A stretch of DNA of 64,000 nucleotides from Chloroflexota bacterium. GTDB lineage: Bacteria > Chloroflexota > Limnocylindria > P2-11E. The position numbers were made by a program, and so were the translations under genes. The notes beneath the pieces were generated by a model. It was not told the origin of the DNA and made no database searches. It saw only the letters and a program-made list of their open reading frames with translations. Positions 58,213-64,000 of the stretch are shown here, one piece after another. Positions within the stretch are counted from its first letter, which is position 1; every line of letters starts with the position of its first letter. The stretch spans positions 25,017 to 89,016 of the forward strand of contig DAIDAP010000016.1 in the NCBI GenBank assembly GCA_027310565.1, given 5' to 3'.

Positions 58213-59397
58213 ATGCGCACCGTCGTCGCCCTGACGGCCGCGGCGCTCGTCGTGGCGCTCGTCGTGCTCACGCTCGCGCCGGCGCCGCCCGTCGCCGAGC
58301 CGTCGCCGTCCGCAACGGAGGCCGCCGCCGCGACGCCATCCGTCGGCGCGAGCCCGAGCGCGTCGCCGACGCCGGCCGCGCGCCGCGCGATCACGGTGAT
58401 CCCCGTGTCCGCCGTCCCGAGCGACCATCGCTACACCTTCGGCTGGGGCCGCGTCCTGCTCCTCGACCTCGAGGCGCGCCGTGCGCGCGAGGTCGTGCGG
58501 CTGGACGACCTGGCGCAGTCGCCGGATCAGGTCGTGGACGCGATGAGCGCTTCGCGCGACGGGAAGACGCTGGTGCTGCTCTTCAGCGTCACGCCGGAGC
58601 GCCGCGCGATCGTCCTCGTCCGGCCGGTCACCGGCGAGACGCGGACGCTCGTCGAGGGACCCGATCTCGAGGGGCCGCTGCTCTCGGATGACGGAGCGCG
58701 CCTCGCGTTCGCGCGGCGGTCGGACGACGCGGCGAGGAGCGGGATCTGGGTCCTCGACGTGACGGCGGCGGGCGCGGCAGCCGGCCGGCTCGTCGCCGGC
58801 GAGCCCGGACGCGGCGGACCACCGGCCAGCCCGCTGTCGTGGTCGCCGGATGGCCGCTCGCTCGTCGTGCGGGTGGGGCCCGCGGACGGCCCGCTGGTGG
58901 CGATCGTGGACGCCGCGGCCGGGGAGACGCGGTTCGACGCGGGCGGGCCCGGCTTCGCCGGCGGCCGGGCGGTGGTCGTGGGTCCGGGCTCCGGAGCGCG
59001 GTGGCGCGACGGACCTCTCCTGACCTGGACGACGGTCCGCGTGGCCGCGTACGACGTCGCGTCGGGCGCGACGCGCGTGCTCTACGAGCCTCCGGCGGGC
59101 CGGCGCATCGTGGGCGCCGCGGCGCGGCCGGGGTCGTCGGAGTACGCCGTGGTCGAGCGCGAGCTCGCCGCCGGTCCCGGCTCGCCGATCGCGATCTCGC
59201 TGCGCGGCGGCGCCGCGGGACCGCGACTCCTGGCCGAGAACGGCTTCATCGGCGCGGACCTGTGGTGGTCTGCCGACGGCGCGCACCTGTACACGACCGT
59301 CGGCGGAGACGACTCGACCGGCGCCGTGCGCGACCTCATCGGGCAGGGCGGGATGCCCTACTGCCTGCGCGGGGGCGAGCCGCCGAGCTGCACGTAG
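58213..59397 (+). CDS. Secreted/anchored beta-propeller (TolB/WD40-like) protein
   Basis: Signal/anchor, P/S/T/A linker, repeated SRDGK, SDDGAR, WSPDGR, WSADGA. Confidence 0.75.
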   Translation: MRTVVALTAAALVVALVVLTLAPAPPVAEPSPSATEAAAATPSVGASPSASPTPAARRAITVIPVSAVPSDHRYTFGWGRVLLLDLEARRAREVVRLDDLAQSPDQVVDAMSASRDGKTLVLLFSVTPERRAIVLVRPVTGETRTLVEGPDLEGPLLSDDGARLAFARRSDDAARSGIWVLDVTAAGAAAGRLVAGEPGRGGPPASPLSWSPDGRSLVVRVGPADGPLVAIVDAAAGETRFDAGGPGFAGGRAVVVGPGSGARWRDGPLLTWTTVRVAAYDVASGATRVLYEPPAGRRIVGAAARPGSSEYAVVERELAAGPGSPIAISLRGGAAGPRLLAENGFIGADLWWSADGAHLYTTVGGDDSTGAVRDLIGQGGMPYCLRGGEPPSCT

Positions 59398-59422
59398 CGG
59401 CGGTCGCTGAAGACGAGCCTGG

Positions 59423-60694
59423 TCAGAGCCCGAGCAGCGTCACCGCCACCAGGGCGAGCGAGAGCGCCGACGCGACGACGGCGATGGCCGCGCCCGCGAC
59501 GGACGAGAGGCGCCCGTTGCGCTGGTCGCCCATGACGCTCCGGTCGCCGGCGAGCCGCAGGATGAACGCGAGCACGATCGGCAGCAGCAGCCCCTGCACC
59601 GCCTGCGACACGAGGATGAACTGGATGAGCAGGCCCTCCGGAAAGAGCACGACCGCGACGCCGCCCGCGACGAGCAGCAGCGTGAAGAGCCCCATGAACA
59701 CCGGCGCGTCGCCGAAGTCGTGGCTGATGCCGGACTCCCAGCCGAAGGCCTCGCAGATCGCGTAGCTCGTCGACAGCGGCATCACGAGCGCGGCGAGCAT
59801 CGACGCGCCGAAGAGGCCGACGCCGAAGAGGAGCTCCGCGCCGCCGCCGGCGAGCGGCTCGAGCGCCCGCGCGGCGTCCGCGGCCCTCTCGACGAGGATC
59901 CCGTTCGGGAAGAGGACCGCGGCGGTCACGACGACCATGAAGAGCCCGTTCAGGCCGGTGAGGACCGCGCCCATGAGCACGTCGACCCGGGTGAACCGGT
60001 ACGCGTCGCGGTCGATGCCCTTGTCGACGATCGACGCCTGTATGTAGAACTGCATGTACGGTGTGATCGTCGTCCCGACGAGCGCGACCGCCGCGACGAG
60101 CGCGCCCTGCGCCGACGGCAGCGTCGGCACGACGAGCCCCTGCAGCGCGGCCGACCAGTCCGGCCGCACGACGAACGCGGCGACCGGGTAGGCGAGGAAG
60201 GCCAGCACGAGCACGAACAGCGCGCGCTCGACGACGCGGTAGGTGAAGAACACGACCAGCACCCAGATGACGAGCCCGGCGATCGGGACCGAGACGATGG
60301 AGGGGACGCCGAGCAGCCCGAGGCTCGCGGCGACGCCCGCGTACTCCGCGGCGACGTTCACTCCGTTCGCGACGAGCAGCGCGGCCATCGCCAGGATCGT
60401 CCAGCGCACGCCGAAGCGCTCGCGGATGAGGTCGGAGAGCCCCTTGCCGGTGACCGCGCCCATGCGCGCGCACATCTCCTGGATGACGACGAGACCGACC
60501 GTGGAGACGAGCAGCAGCCACAGCAGCGCGTAGCCGTAGCGCGCGCCGACGGCCGAGTAGGTCGTGACGCCGCCGGCGTCGTTGCCGGCGAATCCGGTGA
60601 TGATGCCCGGCCCCATGACGGCGAGGAACGCGAGCAGCGTGGCGCGGCGGCCACGGGCGGTCTGGCGGACCGTCGTCCCCACGCCGCCGATCAC
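59423..60694 (-). CDS. NRAMP-family divalent metal transporter (probable Mg2+ clade)
   Basis: GPGII, GNDAGG in place of DPGN, QEMCARMG, GTTITPYM. Confidence 0.9.
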   Translation of the reverse strand: MIGGVGTTVRQTARGRRATLLAFLAVMGPGIITGFAGNDAGGVTTYSAVGARYGYALLWLLLVSTVGLVVIQEMCARMGAVTGKGLSDLIRERFGVRWTILAMAALLVANGVNVAAEYAGVAASLGLLGVPSIVSVPIAGLVIWVLVVFFTYRVVERALFVLVLAFLAYPVAAFVVRPDWSAALQGLVVPTLPSAQGALVAAVALVGTTITPYMQFYIQASIVDKGIDRDAYRFTRVDVLMGAVLTGLNGLFMVVVTAAVLFPNGILVERAADAARALEPLAGGGAELLFGVGLFGASMLAALVMPLSTSYAICEAFGWESGISHDFGDAPVFMGLFTLLLVAGGVAVVLFPEGLLIQFILVSQAVQGLLLPIVLAFILRLAGDRSVMGDQRNGRLSSVAGAAIAVVASALSLALVAVTLLGL

Positions 60695-61944
60695 CGCGCG
60701 ATCGACCGGAGCGACCTCTTCTTCCAGCCGCGCGGGAGCATGAGCTCGACGACGTCGTCGATCGTGACGGTGCCGATGAGCCTGCGCCGCGCGTCGACGA
60801 CGGGCAGGGCGAGCAGGTCGTACTTCGCGATGAGCGAGGCGACCTCCTCCTTGGGCGTGGTGGCCTCCACCTTGAGCACGTGCGGGTTCATGACCTGCGC
60901 GAGCCGCTCGTCCGGCTTCGCCACGACGAGGTCACGCAGCGACACGACGCCCTCGAGGCGCCCCTCGGCGTCGACGACGTAGAGGTAGTACGCGAGCTCG
61001 GGATCGGGCTTCAGCGCGCGCAGGCGCTCGATGGCCTGCGCGGCCGTCTGCTCGGCGGCGAGCGAGACGACGTCCGTGGTCATGATCCCGCCGGCGGAGT
61101 CCTCGGGGTAGGTGAGGAGCTCCTCGACGTCCTCGGCCTCCTCCTTCTCCATGAGGTCGACGAGCTCCTCGCGGCGCTCTTCGGAAAGGTCCTGGAGCAG
61201 ATCGGCGGCCTCGTCCGGCGCCATCTCCTCGAGGATGTCGGCGGCGCGCTCCTCGGTGAGGTCGCTGATGATCGCGGCCTGCATCTCGGGCTCGACCTCC
61301 TGGAGCGCCTCGGCGGCGGTCTCGACGTCGAGCTGCTCGAACACCGCCCGGCGCTCGTCGGCGGCCATCTCCTCGACGATGTCCGCGATGTCCGCGGGGT
61401 GGAGAAGCGCGAGCTTCGTGCGCGGGACGGTGACGCGGACGTTCGCCTCGGGCGCGTCGAGCGGCTCCACCAGGTGCCACGGGATGATCCCGCGCGGGAG
61501 CTTGCGCCCCGCGATGCGCACGACGCGCTCGGCGAGGGGTTCGGCGCCCACGCGCCGCAGCAGCCCGCGCAGCCCGACGTCCGCGCCGACCAGCCGCAGC
61601 TGTCCGTCCACGTCGGAGAGCTGGAGGTCGTTCACGCGCACGATCTTCGCGCCGTGCGTGTCGACGACCTGTTTGTCGAGCAGGTCGCGCGCCAGGCGCA
61701 GGGCCTCGGGCGGGAGCGCCGCGTCCTGGAGCGAGTCGAGCCGGGCGCGCAGGCGCAGGTGCCCGATCTCCTGCGCGAGGTCGCTCCAGCGGAGCACCCG
61801 CTCGCCGGCGCCGGTGGCGAGGATCGCCCACTGGATGGCGGGGAACTGCCCCTGCGGGACCACGGCCAGGTCCTTCAGGGTCCCGACCTCGTTCCCGTTG
61901 GGCTCGATGACGCGGCGGTGCTGAATCTCGGAGAGGTACGGCAT
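60691..61944 (-). CDS. MgtE intracellular N-domain/CBS protein with PRC-like N-terminus, no TM domain
   Basis: LLDKQVVD, RVNDL, LHPADIAD, EEMAPDEAADLL, SAGGIMT, LPVVD, VTIDD; alternative start TTG 62007. Confidence 0.88.
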   Translation of the reverse strand: MPYLSEIQHRRVIEPNGNEVGTLKDLAVVPQGQFPAIQWAILATGAGERVLRWSDLAQEIGHLRLRARLDSLQDAALPPEALRLARDLLDKQVVDTHGAKIVRVNDLQLSDVDGQLRLVGADVGLRGLLRRVGAEPLAERVVRIAGRKLPRGIIPWHLVEPLDAPEANVRVTVPRTKLALLHPADIADIVEEMAADERRAVFEQLDVETAAEALQEVEPEMQAAIISDLTEERAADILEEMAPDEAADLLQDLSEERREELVDLMEKEEAEDVEELLTYPEDSAGGIMTTDVVSLAAEQTAAQAIERLRALKPDPELAYYLYVVDAEGRLEGVVSLRDLVVAKPDERLAQVMNPHVLKVEATTPKEEVASLIAKYDLLALPVVDARRRLIGTVTIDDVVELMLPRGWKKRSLRSIAR

Positions 61945-62016
61945 CGGTCGTTCGGGCGCAAGGGTACCGCTCTTCGCGCTCGTCTCCTCGGCCGTGATGT
62001 GGGACAATCAAGACCC

Positions 62017-62877
62017 ATGTCGCCATCCGCCGACGCCGGACTGCGTGTCCGCGCCTTCGCCGACCAGGCCGTGGCCGCGGCGCTCGACGCCGACTGGCCC
62101 CGCGCCGCCGAGCTCAACGGCAAGATCCTGGAGACCGCGCCCGACGACGTCGAGGCGCGAAACCGGCTGGGCCGCGCGCTCCTCGAGCAGGCCAGGCTGG
62201 ACGAGGCCAGGGCCGCGTTCGCCGAGGTGCTGAAGGCGGAGCCCTACAACGCGATCGCCCTCCGCGGCCTGCAGCGCGTCACGACGCTGCTCGAGCACAA
62301 GGCCAAGGCCGTCGCGACCGCCACCAAGACCCAGCCCCGCCTCTTCATCGAGGACATGGGCAAGACCGGCATCCTGCGGCTCATCAACCCGGCGCCGCCG
62401 CACATCCTCTCGCGGTACAGCCCCGGCGCCGAGTGCGAGCTGCGCGAGCAGGAGGGCCTGCTCGCCGTCCACGCGAGCGACGGTGCGCTCGTCGGCTTTC
62501 TCGAGCCGAAGGTCGGGCGCCGGCTCATCGACCTCATCCGGACGGGCAACCGGTACGTCGTCGCGCTGGTGAGTAACGACACGCAGAACGCCCGCGTTGC
62601 CATCCGTGAGGTCTTCCAGAGCGCCGACAACGCCAGCCGGATCTCGTTCCCCGGGCACCACCGGCCGGCGGAGACCAAGGAGCGCGCCTACATCAAGGGG
62701 AACTTCTTCCGGTTCGGTGCCGAGGTGGACGACGAGTCCGAGCTCGGCGAGGCCGGCGAGGAAGGGGAAGAGGCCGCGTCGCCCGGCGAGGAGCTGCTCG
62801 AGGAGGCCGAGTCGGCGGAGGAGCCGCTGGCCGTCGAGAGCGACGAGGACGACGCGGAGGACGGCGAGGACGAGTAA
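62017..62877 (+). CDS. TPR-containing protein with acidic C-terminal tail
   Basis: DVEARNRLGRA...EPYNAIA TPRs, FIEDMGKT, LIRTGNRY, D/E-rich tail. Confidence 0.8.
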   Translation: MSPSADAGLRVRAFADQAVAAALDADWPRAAELNGKILETAPDDVEARNRLGRALLEQARLDEARAAFAEVLKAEPYNAIALRGLQRVTTLLEHKAKAVATATKTQPRLFIEDMGKTGILRLINPAPPHILSRYSPGAECELREQEGLLAVHASDGALVGFLEPKVGRRLIDLIRTGNRYVVALVSNDTQNARVAIREVFQSADNASRISFPGHHRPAETKERAYIKGNFFRFGAEVDDESELGEAGEEGEEAASPGEELLEEAESAEEPLAVESDEDDAEDGEDE

Positions 62878-62889
62878 GGGGTGAGCTGA

Positions 62890-64000
62890 GTGAGGCGGCG
62901 AGGTTGGGGAGCGGCACCGGCGGTCCCACTCCTCGCGCTCGTCGTCGCTCTTCTCGTGGCGGTCTCGTGCTCGCCCGCGCCGTCCCGACGGATCCCGGCG
63001 ACGGACATCGCCGACGCGCGCCCCTTCGCGCGCTCCATCGCCGACGTCCTCATGACGTTCTCCGCCTACGACTACGCGGTCGTCGGCGGCCTCACCGACG
63101 CCGGTGTCCGCGTGGTGAGCCCGGACCGTTACGCGCAGGTCGTGCGCGTGCAGGCCCAGGCCATCGCGGACGAGACCACCAAGATCGTCGCCAGCACCGC
63201 GAGCGCGGCCGGACCGGTGCGCGACCGGCTCGTCACGCTCGCCGACGCCATCGGTGATCTGCGCACCGACGCGCTCCTGTACGCCGATGGGCGGGATCCG
63301 GAGCTCCTCGCGCGCGTGTTCGCCGACATCGAGCGCGGATGGACCCTGCTGCGCGAGCTCGACGCGCTGCTCAAGGACGACGCGGCACTCGACGCGGCCA
63401 TCGCACGCGGCACCTCGTTCAAGGCGGTCGTCCAGGCCTCGCCGCGCTTCGTGCTCACCGTCGGCCCGTTCGGCTCGGAAGCCGAGGCCGCCGCGGCGGC
63501 TCCGAAGGTCGGCGTGGGCGCCGTCGCCGCGACGGTCGCGCCGTTCGTCGTCCGCGCCACGTTCGAGGACAGGGCGAAGGCCGACGCCGCCGCCGCCGCC
63601 CTCGGCGCGCAGCGGCTCACCGGCATCGTGACCCAGGAGCTGGCGTACGGCTTCCAGCGCGGCGGCGCGACGCCCGACGCGGAGCTGTGGCGCGAGCCGG
63701 CGCGGATCATCGACACCACCGCCAAGTCGCGCAAGATCGCGCTGTCCGACGACGGCGGCTGGGTCGTCACCGGCTCCGACGACGGCTGGGCCGTGGTCTT
63801 CGACCCGCAGAACCGGCAGACGGCCATGCCGCTCATGCCCGCGGGCATGTCGGCGCTCGGCATCGACGACGACGGGAAGTTCTTCGTCGCCGGCGGGCAG
63901 AAGCTCGCGTTCTTCTTCCTTCCCGCGGGCCCGTTCCTCGGGCAGAGCGTGCGGCTCAACAACGTCATCAGCCAGCTCATCTTCGTGCCCGGCGTCGTCG
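62890..64000 (+). CDS. Putative lipoprotein with WD40-like repeats, runs off the right edge
   Basis: Open frame to the window end; lipobox VAVSC; IALSDDGGWVVTGSDDG. Confidence 0.7.
   Translation, partial: MRRRGWGAAPAVPLLALVVALLVAVSCSPAPSRRIPATDIADARPFARSIADVLMTFSAYDYAVVGGLTDAGVRVVSPDRYAQVVRVQAQAIADETTKIVASTASAAGPVRDRLVTLADAIGDLRTDALLYADGRDPELLARVFADIERGWTLLRELDALLKDDAALDAAIARGTSFKAVVQASPRFVLTVGPFGSEAEAAAAAPKVGVGAVAATVAPFVVRATFEDRAKADAAAAALGAQRLTGIVTQELAYGFQRGGATPDAELWREPARIIDTTAKSRKIALSDDGGWVVTGSDDGWAVVFDPQNRQTAMPLMPAGMSALGIDDDGKFFVAGGQKLAFFFLPAGPFLGQSVRLNNVISQLIFVPGVV

Overview
A very GC-rich (roughly 70-75% by eye), densely coded bacterial chromosome segment with about 65 genes and no rRNA, tRNA, CRISPR array, transposase or prophage that I can see. 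Gene content, including a small SWIM zinc-finger protein and a TPR protein of families I recall from Chloroflexota, suggests a Chloroflexota-like organism; this is an inference. Main blocks: a TPP-riboswitch thiN/ECF thiamine operon; amtB; hom; pth-mfd-...-apt-GNAT-ahcY-metK; a peptide ABC transporter lacking ATPases; proC/nnrE; a GDP-mannose/PMM/PGI-PMI cluster; a cobalamin-riboswitch btuFCD-like transporter; surE; thrCB; a large birA-degV-accDA-fabD-accC-fabZ...fabF-accB fatty-acid cluster; and an MgtE-N/CBS plus NRAMP pair. The two most notable observations are (1) a cysteinyl-tRNA synthetase fused to a C-terminal GT2-like glycosyltransferase domain and coupled to a peptidase-S51-like gene inside the fatty-acid cluster, and (2) a BCCP paralogue lacking the biotinylated lysine, coupled to accA and reminiscent of plant BADC regulators, alongside a canonical accB. 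Also seen: probable CTG/GTA start codons, many leaderless-type genes, a fourU-like hairpin, an IS630-like MITE and several small ORFs missing from the ORF track. All calls come from reading motifs by eye; no searches were run.
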